Source of the DNA: a virus
Lineage: Duplodnaviria; Caudoviricetes
Strand: one strand, 5' to 3'
Length of the DNA stretch: 64,000 nt
IMG/VR virus record: IMGVR_UViG_3300031760_000033
Coordinates: 11,727-75,726 of that record
The notes under the pieces: model-generated
What the model was told of the DNA's origin: nothing
What the model saw: the letters and a program-made list of their open reading frames with translations, nothing else
Database searches by the model: none
Position numbers and translations under genes: made by a program
In this document: positions 20,083 to 28,108 of the stretch, piece after piece
How positions within the stretch are numbered: position 1 is the stretch's first letter
How the letters are laid out: each line of letters opens with the position of its first letter

Positions 20083-21501
20083 ATGAGGGATGTTTCTTTT
20101 TTTGAATTGAACGGGCGTATGACTAACGAAGCCTTCGAGAAGGGCCGGTTAGTTAAGAATAAGGTACAATACGCATACACGTCATCGAACTACTGGACGT
20201 CCACGGAGTACAACACCAACAACGCTTGGAACGTCAACTTCACCAATGGTAACGTCAACAACAACAACAAGTACAACTCGTTAACAGTGAGGGCGTGTGC
20301 CGCGCTTGATGAAAAAAGAAAAGAGGCTTGGATAGTCGCATTTGATGACTGCTGCCGCCACAAGAAATCTTCCGATAACTGCATCAGATACAGAGTAATA
20401 TACGAAGAAGACCTGTTCATTCTCGCCGCCGAGGTTGAGACGGGCATCTACCAGCCTTCAATATCTGTATGTTTCTGTGTTACAAGACCTAAACTCAGAG
20501 AGGTATTTGCCGCAAACTTCCGAGACCGCATAGTCCACCATTGGCTCATGCTCAAACTCAACCCACTGTTCGAGCAGAGGTTCGAGGAGCAGGGTAATGT
20601 GAGCTTCAACTGCCGCAAGGGTTACGGCACGTTGCGGGCTGTATGGGCGCTCCGCGAGGATATGCGGATAGTCAGCGAGAACTACACCAGCGACGATTGC
20701 TACGTCGGCAGTTTTGACTTCATAGGCTTCTTTATGAGCGCCGACAAAGAGATTCTGCTGGCCCAGCTCAAATGGTTCGTGTATGAGAAATACAAGGAGC
20801 CCGATGTCGATATAGTGTGGAGGACTCTTGAGGTAGTGGTCAGGCACAACCCTGCAAAAAACTGCGTAAAGCACGGGAATATACATCTTTTCGACGAGCT
20901 GCCTCCGCATAAAACTCTGTTCAAGACTCCAGACGGTAAAGGTATGCCGATTGGCAACCTCACCTCTCAAATACTGCTGAACTTCTACCTGTCGTTCTTC
21001 GACGAGAAGATGATTGCGTTCTGCAAAAAGCGTGGTGGCCGGTACGAGCGTTTCGTTGACGACTTCACCGTCGTCATGAAGCGTGTCGAGGATGTCGTGG
21101 CCGCGTTCAGGTATGCCGACGAGATTGCAACATCTATGCTGAAAATCAACTTGCACAAAGACAAGGTATATATCCAGCACTACTCGAAGGGCGTAAAGTT
21201 CGTCGGTTACGTCATCAAGTTCAACCGGGTGTACCTCTCCAACAGGACATACGGCGGTTTTCAGAACTGTGTAGTTCATGCGGCTCGCGTATGCCAGTCC
21301 GAGAAGATAGACATCGCGGAGCTGGCCCATATCGCGTCCTCGCTTAACTCATACGTCGGCTTTACCTGCCACACCAATGGGTACGCCATGACGACAAAGA
21401 TACTCTACTCCGAGTCTGCCTTAGGCAGATGCTTCTACTTCAAGACGAAGCGACAAGTGGTAAAAATCAAGAAAGAATATAAAATACAACCTGTTATATG
21501 A
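20083..21501 (+). CDS. DGR reverse transcriptase (TR read in frame at the N-terminus)
   Basis: KLREVFAANFRDRIVHH, GMPIGNLTSQILLNFYL (DGR SQ motif), RFVDD catalytic motif, KGVKFVGY. Confidence 0.95.
   Translation: MRDVSFFELNGRMTNEAFEKGRLVKNKVQYAYTSSNYWTSTEYNTNNAWNVNFTNGNVNNNNKYNSLTVRACAALDEKRKEAWIVAFDDCCRHKKSSDNCIRYRVIYEEDLFILAAEVETGIYQPSISVCFCVTRPKLREVFAANFRDRIVHHWLMLKLNPLFEQRFEEQGNVSFNCRKGYGTLRAVWALREDMRIVSENYTSDDCYVGSFDFIGFFMSADKEILLAQLKWFVYEKYKEPDVDIVWRTLEVVVRHNPAKNCVKHGNIHLFDELPPHKTLFKTPDGKGMPIGNLTSQILLNFYLSFFDEKMIAFCKKRGGRYERFVDDFTVVMKRVEDVVAAFRYADEIATSMLKINLHKDKVYIQHYSKGVKFVGYVIKFNRVYLSNRTYGGFQNCVVHAARVCQSEKIDIAELAHIASSLNSYVGFTCHTNGYAMTTKILYSESALGRCFYFKTKRQVVKIKKEYKIQPVI
20177..20304 (+). 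repeat. DGR template repeat (TR) with IMH*
   Basis: AAC-rich 128-nt copy of both VRs; ends GTGAGGGCGTGTGCCGCG-CTT whereas both VRs end GCCGCG-TTC. Confidence 0.97.
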
Positions 21502-21866
21502 AAGTTATAGAGAAAAGAGGCTCCGAGCAACCCTCGCTGTACGAAATCAAACAAAATGCTGGCACGACTCAGTTGCTCATCAATGTCGATGTCAGGCAGG
21601 AACAGGTCGCCGGGCCGGAATCCGGTGAAGACCAATGGGTGTGGAACGCCCTTACGTTTGCTCCGGGCGAACATTCCTATGGCGCCATCGTTGATGCGCT
21701 AATTCAACATGAGTACCCGTACTCTCGAATGGAAGCTGTAAGAAACAATCACGACATCGGCACACATATCGAGGAATGGGAAGCCATGCAGGAGTATCGC
21801 AAGTATGCCAAGCAGCTTGCCAGAACCATTGTCAATGAATTTGAACCTAATCCAGAGGAGGAATAA
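21498..21866 (+). CDS. Putative tail-fibre assembly chaperone-like protein
   Basis: ATGA overlap with RT stop; YGAIVDALIQHEY...EWEAMQEYRKYAK helical motif of a type seen after Bacteroidota phage fibres. Confidence 0.4.
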   Translation: MKVIEKRGSEQPSLYEIKQNAGTTQLLINVDVRQEQVAGPESGEDQWVWNALTFAPGEHSYGAIVDALIQHEYPYSRMEAVRNNHDIGTHIEEWEAMQEYRKYAKQLARTIVNEFEPNPEEE

Positions 21867-21869
21867 GTC

Positions 21870-22334
21870 ATGGGAAGAAGCTCACAGTATAACCACTATT
21901 TCCAGCGTATTGACATTCCGGGCCAGAACGTCATCGACATCGAAGAGTATTTCCCCGGCCTGTTGTACGAAAAAGCAGATGGAATCAACAATATCGGGAA
22001 GACCAAGAATGTCTATACCGAGGAGTATGCCGACAGCGACCGCAAGCGGTATTTCCTGCCGGACGACAACAACTATGCCAACGAGGGCACGGAGGTTACG
22101 ATGACATTCCTTGTCGTCGGCACCCCGGTTGAGAGAGAGACCATCATCCACAATTTCTTCGAGTATATCCGCAAGGGTGTACACCGCTATTGGGACAACG
22201 CCCGCAACCGGGAGTTCGACTTCATAGTAACGAAGGAGTTGAAGGTGGGAGAGGAGCGCTGGCACGGAAGCAATCCCTATGCCGAGTTGACGGTCCACAT
22301 GCAGAACCTCAACGGCTGCACCAGACCTCACTAG
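21870..22334 (+). CDS. Distal tail protein (Dit)-like
   Basis: 154 aa; F.EYIRKGVHRYWDNARNR pattern and beta-rich composition typical of small Bacteroidota Dit proteins. Confidence 0.5.
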   Translation: MGRSSQYNHYFQRIDIPGQNVIDIEEYFPGLLYEKADGINNIGKTKNVYTEEYADSDRKRYFLPDDNNYANEGTEVTMTFLVVGTPVERETIIHNFFEYIRKGVHRYWDNARNREFDFIVTKELKVGEERWHGSNPYAELTVHMQNLNGCTRPH

Positions 22335-22373
22335 ACCCTTTTCTTCATACTTTTATATATACCTTCTTTCATG

Positions 22374-22407
22374 GAAAACGGGACCTCAGTCAGTCCCGTT
22401 TTCTTTT
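22374..22407. terminator. Intrinsic terminator between convergent late and early blocks
   Basis: GAAAACGGGAC-CTCAGTCA-GTCCCGTTTTC (11-bp stem) followed by TTTT. Confidence 0.8.
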
Positions 22408-22736
22408 CTCAGCCGGTAGGCTAAGTCTTCGATTTCCGTTCTCTTGAAGCCTACGCTCATGTTGTTCAGCTTGACTTGTTCGATGCAGTGGAGCCGGCAG
22501 ATGTCTTTGAACTTGTTTCTGTTCCTGATGCCGAGCATTTCCATTGCCTCGTCGTAGTTCAGAAGGGAGGTCTTGTCGTAGAACCCTCGGCTCTCCGCGT
22601 TGAACCTTCCTATCATTGCCATTGCGTCGGCCTCGCTGCATTGGTCGTTGTCAATCATTTCGACCGCGTGTAGGAGGAGTGAGCGCAGGTACTTCAATAT
22701 CACGGGCTTTTCTTTTCCTTTAGTTTCGGTTCCCAT
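22386..22736 (-). CDS. Excisionase/MerR-like HTH DNA-binding protein
   Basis: LLNYDEAMEMLGIRNRNKFKDIC...GFKRTEIEDL, HTH_17-like. Confidence 0.6.
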   Translation of the reverse strand: MGTETKGKEKPVILKYLRSLLLHAVEMIDNDQCSEADAMAMIGRFNAESRGFYDKTSLLNYDEAMEMLGIRNRNKFKDICRLHCIEQVKLNNMSVGFKRTEIEDLAYRLRKENGTD

Positions 22737-23092
22737 ATTTTCTTCAATCTTTTTACCCTGATGTAGTGGTTGATGGCCATGCAGGTCGTGGTGAGCAGTC
22801 CTATAGCTATTATGATAGCCGGGACGAACACCATGAAATTGACAGGGAATATATCAAAGAGATTGTCGAAGCAGACGATGGTGTCCGATACAAAGATGCC
22901 ATAGGCCGTCCACTTGATGTATTTGCAATGATATACTCCCTGCTTCGATATGCAAAGACACAGGCATAATTCAAACAGCAGGTAGTAGGTCTGCGACCAG
23001 ATGTTTGTGCCTATAGCAATTTCTACGACATAGCACAATATCAAGTAGATTGCTACTGCGATTACTGTGAATCTTACTGCGAATTTGCTCAT
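22700..23092 (-). CDS. Multi-pass membrane protein
   Basis: 130 aa with about four hydrophobic segments and a basic C-terminal tail. Confidence 0.7.
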   Translation of the reverse strand: MSKFAVRFTVIAVAIYLILCYVVEIAIGTNIWSQTYYLLFELCLCLCISKQGVYHCKYIKWTAYGIFVSDTIVCFDNLFDIFPVNFMVFVPAIIIAIGLLTTTCMAINHYIRVKRLKKIWEPKLKEKKSP

Positions 23093-23217
23093 TTCTTTTT
23101 CATTTCTGCTTTAACTACTACACCTTTTTCAATGATGGTGTTGTGAGCCGTCCTATTCGGCTTTGCCTTCACCTTGGCCTTGGTTTTCACCTTGGCCCTC
23201 GATTTGCTCTTTGCCAT
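23089..23217 (-). CDS. Small Lys/Ala-rich basic peptide (42 aa, not in ORF track)
   Basis: MAKSKSRAKVKTKAKVKAKPNRTAHNTIIEKGVVVKAEMKKK; stop overlaps the next start (ATGA at 23092-23089). Confidence 0.6.
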   Translation of the reverse strand: MAKSKSRAKVKTKAKVKAKPNRTAHNTIIEKGVVVKAEMKKK

Positions 23218-23803
23218 AGCCCATGCGTTTTTCGTATTCTTTACCTTGTTTTTCAAGCCCGGTGGCGAAATTCTCCATCAGCTCGTTTATGCCGACGATA
23301 AACTTGTCGTACTCCGGGTTCTCGGAGTCGAGAGTCGGCACCTCGCCCATCTTCTGCAACAGCAGCATGTATCTCGAAGCGACCTCGGCGATGGTGATGG
23401 TGGCGTCAAAATTGTTGAATATGAACATAGGCAGACGAAACACCATTTCCACGGCGCCGTTCCAAGTATCGACGTCCTCTTTGGTCAGGCCCTCCGGCAG
23501 CGGGTCAATCTTGCCGTCCATGAGTAGCTGTATTACCCCACAGGTGTTCATCAGCTTCTCATCAACGAGGACGCTGTAGCCTCCGTGGTAGTGGAGAAGG
23601 TATCCGTTCTTGGTCTTGTGGACTTTGGCGAACTGCAAGTCCTTCGTTGCTTCAATGTCCTTCTCGCCGACATGAAATGGGCTGAGGATATTGGCGTGGT
23701 CGATTTCTTCCTCGGTGAGCTGGTCGAGGAGCTTCCGGGTCTCGATGGGGTCTTTGCTCAACCCCACGAGTTTCTCTCTTAACTGGATGATACTGTCTGT
23801 CAT
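23153..23803 (-). CDS. Hypothetical protein
   Basis: 216-aa ORF tightly coupled in the operon. Confidence 0.75.
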   Translation of the reverse strand: MTDSIIQLREKLVGLSKDPIETRKLLDQLTEEEIDHANILSPFHVGEKDIEATKDLQFAKVHKTKNGYLLHYHGGYSVLVDEKLMNTCGVIQLLMDGKIDPLPEGLTKEDVDTWNGAVEMVFRLPMFIFNNFDATITIAEVASRYMLLLQKMGEVPTLDSENPEYDKFIVGINELMENFATGLEKQGKEYEKRMGYGKEQIEGQGENQGQGEGKAE

Positions 23804-23806
23804 GGT

Positions 23807-24235
23807 TTATTCCTCCATTGCGTTGAGTTGCTGAAATACTGCGGCCTTGACTATTTCTCTGTTAAGGTCGGCGATACTGGCATTCTCGAAGTCGATTTCG
23901 TAGGGAAGGTGAAGCGACTGGAGATAGTTGATACGACCGTTGCGGTCTTCCTTGTCGGAAAACTTCTTGATGTTCGCACGGTCGATTTTGTTGTAGGGGT
24001 ACACCTCCTCTACATGCAGGATGGGCGACGTAGCGCCGTTGATGTAGGTAACGGTGTAGGTCAGGTCCGGGTTACGTTTCACAATGCCGAAGCCGTAACT
24101 GCCGTCAATAAGTTTGATTTTGCCGATGCCTTCAATCCAGATGAAGTTTTCCGGGTCCATTTTGGCGGGCAGCTTCGTTAGCTGGGCCTTATCCAAAGCG
24201 TCAGCGAGAAGTCTCTGTTCGTACTCTGATAACAT
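23807..24235 (-). CDS. Hypothetical protein
   Basis: 142-aa ORF tightly coupled in the operon. Confidence 0.75.
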   Translation of the reverse strand: MLSEYEQRLLADALDKAQLTKLPAKMDPENFIWIEGIGKIKLIDGSYGFGIVKRNPDLTYTVTYINGATSPILHVEEVYPYNKIDRANIKKFSDKEDRNGRINYLQSLHLPYEIDFENASIADLNREIVKAAVFQQLNAMEE

Positions 24236-24247
24236 ATTGATTTGTAT

Positions 24248-24535
24248 TTAACCATTAAGAATTTCCATCAAGTCTTTGTAGTCTTTTGCCAGCTTGCCTT
24301 TCCCTTTTATTTTGGGCGTGGAGTGCTGGAGCCTATAGCTGATGTTCCGGGCAGTCATACTAAACTCTTTTGCTATAGTTACAATCTTCATGTGCAGCAC
24401 ATTGCGGTACATATAGATTACCATGTCTTTTGCTATATTGTCTGGGTAGTTCTGGTTGAATTTGGCCAGTATATCTTTGTATCTTACATTGTAGTAAGCC
24501 TCTATGGTCCTAACTATGTCTTCTTGTATAATCAC
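24248..24535 (-). CDS. Stand-alone DnaA domain IV (C-terminal HTH)-like protein, copy 1
   Basis: IVRTIEAYYNVRYKDILAK...AKDMVIY...IAKEF...DYKDLMEIL aligns by eye to DnaA domain IV; GTG start chosen downstream of the promoter at 24554-24561. Confidence 0.6.
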   Translation of the reverse strand: MIIQEDIVRTIEAYYNVRYKDILAKFNQNYPDNIAKDMVIYMYRNVLHMKIVTIAKEFSMTARNISYRLQHSTPKIKGKGKLAKDYKDLMEILNG

Positions 24536-24553
24536 AGGTGTCGAAATTTGGTG

Positions 24554-24681
24554 CAAAGATACGCAAATATCTTGAAACATGAAAAGATTTTTTCATCAAT
24601 ATTTGCTAATATTTTCTATAGTAGTGATTTAGTGCGAGTAATGTATTGCGTAGTATTTGGTGATATTCGTTAGTATCTTTG
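24554..24681. promoter_or_regulatory. Divergent pair of Bacteroidota sigma-A promoters
   Basis: TATCTTTG on - strand (24554-24561) and TATCTTTG on + strand (24674-24681) in an AT-rich gap. Confidence 0.75.
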
Positions 24682-24697
24682 CAAAAACGATTGAGAT

Positions 24698-25081
24698 ATG
24701 ATAGCACGGGATGTTATTTTGCATGATTACGCTTGGGTAATAACCCTTTTCTTGGACTGCGACACCGACGATGCGGAGAAGCTGGACGAGTTGCTGTCGG
24801 ACTACGACCTGACAGAGGAGTTTGTGGAGAAGGTCGGCTGCGGGTATAAAAATATTCACCTTGTCCGGTACAACTACGAACAAGGTGAGAGTGTGATTGT
24901 TGTTTCCAAGACCACGGATGAGGATGAGTTGCTTGCCATATTGCAGCGCTGTCTTGTTAATACTGCCATTGATATGGCGACGTTATTGGGGATGCCGGTT
25001 TCCGACATGGTGCCTGATGTGGTGGCTAGGGTGTCGGTCCATACATCCCCAATCGTCATGCCATTGCTTAACCCTGAATAG
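24698..25081 (+). CDS. Paralog of the 51524-51940 HExxH protein lacking the HExxH motif
   Basis: Shares L..Y.W..T.F.D, G..N..L, ES..V.S and E.E with 51524-51940; RCLVN replaces HEVFH. Confidence 0.7.
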   Translation: MIARDVILHDYAWVITLFLDCDTDDAEKLDELLSDYDLTEEFVEKVGCGYKNIHLVRYNYEQGESVIVVSKTTDEDELLAILQRCLVNTAIDMATLLGMPVSDMVPDVVARVSVHTSPIVMPLLNPE

Positions 25082-25358
25082 GCAGCTTCTTCATCTTGCG
25101 GATGACGTCCTTTGAGAACTTGGCGTGGGGCGCATAGTGAGCCGGCAGGATGATGGCCTGTTTCTTGCTGATGTTCTGGCCAATCTTCTCGGCGCGTTTC
25201 TTCGGGGCCAGAGTGAACAGGCCACGGATGTAGATTGCGTTACCTTTGCAGAGGTTCTCGCGGATGACGTTGATAGCTTCGTCGAGGACGACGCGGGTTG
25301 CGGTTTTTTCGACGCCGGTGCGCTGGCTGACGGCATCAATGATTTCTTGCTTTGTCAT
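25068..25358 (-). CDS. hup: HU/IHF family DNA-binding protein
   Basis: MTKQEIIDAVSQRTG...IYIRGLFTL..KKRAEKIGQN...I.LPAHYAP.AKFSK. Confidence 0.9.
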   Translation of the reverse strand: MTKQEIIDAVSQRTGVEKTATRVVLDEAINVIRENLCKGNAIYIRGLFTLAPKKRAEKIGQNISKKQAIILPAHYAPHAKFSKDVIRKMKKLPIQG

Positions 25359-25385
25359 AATGCTTGAAATTTGTTGGTGAATAAA

Positions 25386-25745
25386 TTAAATGTTGTTTTG
25401 AATAAAATCGTCTGTGTTCATTTCCTGCGGCTGGGAGTCTGTTTTTGCGTCCACCTTTATCATGCCTCCTATCTGGTGGTTGGCAAAGGCTTCGAGCTGT
25501 GCGGCAGACAGCTTCCTCACCGCTTCACGGGGGATAAATTTCATCAGGAAGTGTGTGAACCGGGCCTTCGGGTTGCGGTAAGCGAAGGCCCGGAACCACA
25601 GCTGCAATTCGTCTTTCCACTGGACTATTCCGTTGGCCGCAATGGGTACGAATATTCCTTTCTCGACATTGCCGTCATGCTCGATTTCGATGACTTTCGT
25701 GCCGATTAGGGAATTGAAGTCCAATTTTCCGACGTAGTGTCCCAT
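25386..25745 (-). CDS. Hypothetical protein (possible OB-fold/SSB-like)
   Basis: KGIFVPIAANGI motif; acidic/aromatic C-terminal tail. Confidence 0.55.
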   Translation of the reverse strand: MGHYVGKLDFNSLIGTKVIEIEHDGNVEKGIFVPIAANGIVQWKDELQLWFRAFAYRNPKARFTHFLMKFIPREAVRKLSAAQLEAFANHQIGGMIKVDAKTDSQPQEMNTDDFIQNNI

Positions 25746-26134
25746 TACTTTTTCTCCCTCTGTGCGTTCTTGATTTGACTCAACATGATAGAGACCTGAA
25801 CCTCCTGAATGGTATCGAGGCCGAAAGTTTCTTTCAGCATTTCACGGAAAGCGTTGATTTTCTCCTCGGTGTTGTACTCATTCAACAGGCCGTGCTTGAT
25901 GGCATAGTTTCCGCAGACGGAGTACAGGATGGCGGCTGCGTTGAGCATATCCTGCTCGTCGTAGTCTATGTAGGCGGCAGTGCATCTGCCATCCTCATGC
26001 ACCATGTCAATCTCCAGCATGGCGTCAGCCAGATTACTGAGGACTAATTGAACTTGCGGCTCTTGTCTCTTTGCGTGTGCGTAGAGTTCTTCGTCTGTCA
26101 TATAACGATGATTATTAGAATGGTAAGTCGTCAT
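25745..26134 (-). CDS. Hypothetical protein
   Basis: 129-aa ORF with 1-nt stop/start overlap. Confidence 0.7.
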   Translation of the reverse strand: MTTYHSNNHRYMTDEELYAHAKRQEPQVQLVLSNLADAMLEIDMVHEDGRCTAAYIDYDEQDMLNAAAILYSVCGNYAIKHGLLNEYNTEEKINAFREMLKETFGLDTIQEVQVSIMLSQIKNAQREKK

Positions 26135-26501
26135 TTTCTGCGGAGGGCGGCATAGCTGTCGCGGGGGCTGCTACAGGGGCAGTGGCAGGGGCCGGAGCCG
26201 AGGCGTGTGCCTGTGCGGGCTGGCCGGAGCCGACGGCTTGCAGACGGATGCAGTTGAGTTCTGTGTACCAGCGGTCCTGATACTCGCGGCTTTCGGGGTT
26301 GTAGCCCACCTGAACGAGAGTGCCTTCTTTGAGGCCCTTGCACATCTGGAGCCTGTCTTCTCCAAACAAGCTGAAAGCGGCTTTCTTCGGGTATTCGTCG
26401 CCATATTCGATGACGAGACCGGCTTTCACCCAATGTCCGCGTTGACTGTCGCCTTCCTGTTTCGGAAGGAACTTTACGATTCTACCGTTGATTGTTTGCA
26501 T
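26115..26501 (-). CDS. DUF3127 single-stranded DNA-binding protein
   Basis: GHWVK...EYPKK.AF.LFGEDR...SREYQDRWYTELNC; P/A-rich linker and DDLPF tail. Confidence 0.85.
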   Translation of the reverse strand: MQTINGRIVKFLPKQEGDSQRGHWVKAGLVIEYGDEYPKKAAFSLFGEDRLQMCKGLKEGTLVQVGYNPESREYQDRWYTELNCIRLQAVGSGQPAQAHASAPAPATAPVAAPATAMPPSAENDDLPF

Positions 26502-26526
26502 AAATTTGAGAATTAAATTGTTAAAC

Positions 26527-27258
26527 TTACATTATTGTCATTCTGCCCTCGGCGGCATTTTCTTCGTCAGCTGTGGTCTGTGCTTTCTTGAAATTGTGAG
26601 GGTCGCAGAAGGCTTTGTTGAGCTGGCGGAAGGCAACCTGCACATTCTCTTCTTTGTTCAGGTCAATCTCGGCCCTGACGTGGATTTGCTGTACCATGTC
26701 GGCCATACTCGCCATTACTCGTGCAGGTTCCGCGACGATGAGTGGGATGAGCCATGTTACACGCTTCGACACCTTTACAAGCCTCTCAATGATGGATTTC
26801 GAGATTTCTGTCGCATAGTCGCAGACGGTCATGGCGGTCTCGCAACTGGCAATCCAATGGGCGTGGGGTACGTTTTCGCGTTCAAGAACCTCCTGAATGG
26901 CTTTCTGGAGTTTCGTTATCCGGTCATCCATGTATTCGTCCATTTCGGAGAACAGGGTGGCGACGCTATTCTGGTCAATGCCTGTGCTTGCCACAAACTC
27001 CTGATAGGCGGCCCAGCGTTTCATTAGGGCACCATATACTTTGCGGACGTTCTTGGTCTTGTAGGGGATGGTTTCAAGCTCTTTGCCGAGGAACTTGCAG
27101 CAGTTATAGGCGGCATCGTTCACATAGAGAATCTGGAATGTGGCGTAGTTTTCGAGCTGGTTGACCTGATTTTGGTCGAGGTTTTCAAGCATCTGTTGCT
27201 GTGCCTGAATCTCTTTCTTATGGCGTTCTGCCTGTCGTTTTTGAGTCTTGTTTGCCAT
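26527..27258 (-). CDS. Hypothetical helical protein
   Basis: 243-aa ORF with 1-nt overlap to the upstream gene. Confidence 0.7.
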   Translation of the reverse strand: MANKTQKRQAERHKKEIQAQQQMLENLDQNQVNQLENYATFQILYVNDAAYNCCKFLGKELETIPYKTKNVRKVYGALMKRWAAYQEFVASTGIDQNSVATLFSEMDEYMDDRITKLQKAIQEVLERENVPHAHWIASCETAMTVCDYATEISKSIIERLVKVSKRVTWLIPLIVAEPARVMASMADMVQQIHVRAEIDLNKEENVQVAFRQLNKAFCDPHNFKKAQTTADEENAAEGRMTIM

Positions 27259-27674
27259 TAGTAAACGTCTTCATTAACATGTTTCACAATGCGTATCGGT
27301 TTCTTGTAGATGTAGAAGAAGAGTGCAGCCTTAAACTTGAACAGGTCGGTCTCGAAACCCTTAAAATCTTCAACAATCTCTTCCCCGGTCTTGGTTACTG
27401 TGTACACAAAGTCTGCCTCATAGTATCGTGCTGTCTGTACGGTCTTTGTAACCACCTTGTCTTTGGTTTTGAGGTGTACAATCTCTTCTCTGGTGATGGC
27501 CGGGATAAGCTCAAAGTTGACGTGGTATCGTAGATTGGTGATGTCGCCAGCCTGTTCCAATATTTTGAGGAACGCATGTCTTAGGCTCTCGTCTTTCGAG
27601 TCGTAACGTACTCCATCAACTGTAACTTGGTGGTTTCCGTATTTATTTCTAGTATTGTAGTTTTTCCACGGCAT
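27258..27674 (-). CDS. DUF1064 PD-(D/E)xK endonuclease (possible resolvase)
   Basis: NKYGN...VDGVRYDSKDE...F.LIP...YEADFVY...EIVEDFKG; real start probably MPWKNY at 27674. Confidence 0.85.
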   Translation of the reverse strand: MPWKNYNTRNKYGNHQVTVDGVRYDSKDESLRHAFLKILEQAGDITNLRYHVNFELIPAITREEIVHLKTKDKVVTKTVQTARYYEADFVYTVTKTGEEIVEDFKGFETDLFKFKAALFFYIYKKPIRIVKHVNEDVY

Positions 27675-27873
27675 AAGTTTTATTATTTTTACAATAATCG
27701 CAATCTTCATAATGGCACACGCCACCTTTGTAACCTGCGTGATAAAAAAGGTATTGGTGATTTCCAACGGTACGGACAGAAACACACGCATCATTGGTTT
27801 CAACTTCTGACTTAGTAGTGCAAGATGCCAAAAGTAGCATCGGTAATGCAATAAGGAATAATCTTTTCTTCAT
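27649..27873 (-). CDS. Small lipoprotein with H..DC..C motif
   Basis: MKKRLFLIALPMLLLAS-C lipobox. Confidence 0.7.
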   Translation of the reverse strand: MKKRLFLIALPMLLLASCTTKSEVETNDACVSVRTVGNHQYLFYHAGYKGGVCHYEDCDYCKNNKTYAVEKLQY

Positions 27874-27877
27874 ATTG

Positions 27878-28108
27878 TTATTCTTTTACAAGTTCGACAA
27901 AATCTTGTGTTGCTGCATGTATGGTCTTGTGGACCTTAATTTTCTTCTCGCGGAACCATCTGTTTAGTATCTCTTTGACATCCTTGTCGATGGCTCCAAA
28001 CAATTCTCCTCTCGTAACCATGTTCGGGACATGGGTGCTTTTCACCTTCTCTGTCTGCATTTCGTCGAGAAGTTTGTACAGGTATTCGGATAATATGTTC
28101 TGTCGCAT
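27878..28108 (-). CDS. Hypothetical protein
   Basis: 76-aa coupled ORF. Confidence 0.65.
   Translation of the reverse strand: MRQNILSEYLYKLLDEMQTEKVKSTHVPNMVTRGELFGAIDKDVKEILNRWFREKKIKVHKTIHAATQDFVELVKE

Larger units (their letters stand above)
19355..21501 (+). mobile_element. Diversity-generating retroelement cassette (VR1-IMH-hairpin-avd-TR-RT)
   Basis: VR/TR pair differing only at TR adenines, Avd-like ORF, and RT with GNLTSQ motif all co-located. Confidence 0.97.

Noticed and set aside
20083-21501. RT as a group II intron, retron or CRISPR-associated RT
   Set aside because: Adenine-specific TR/VR pairs, an Avd gene and the SQ motif identify a DGR; no intron domain V, msr/msd or Cas genes seen.
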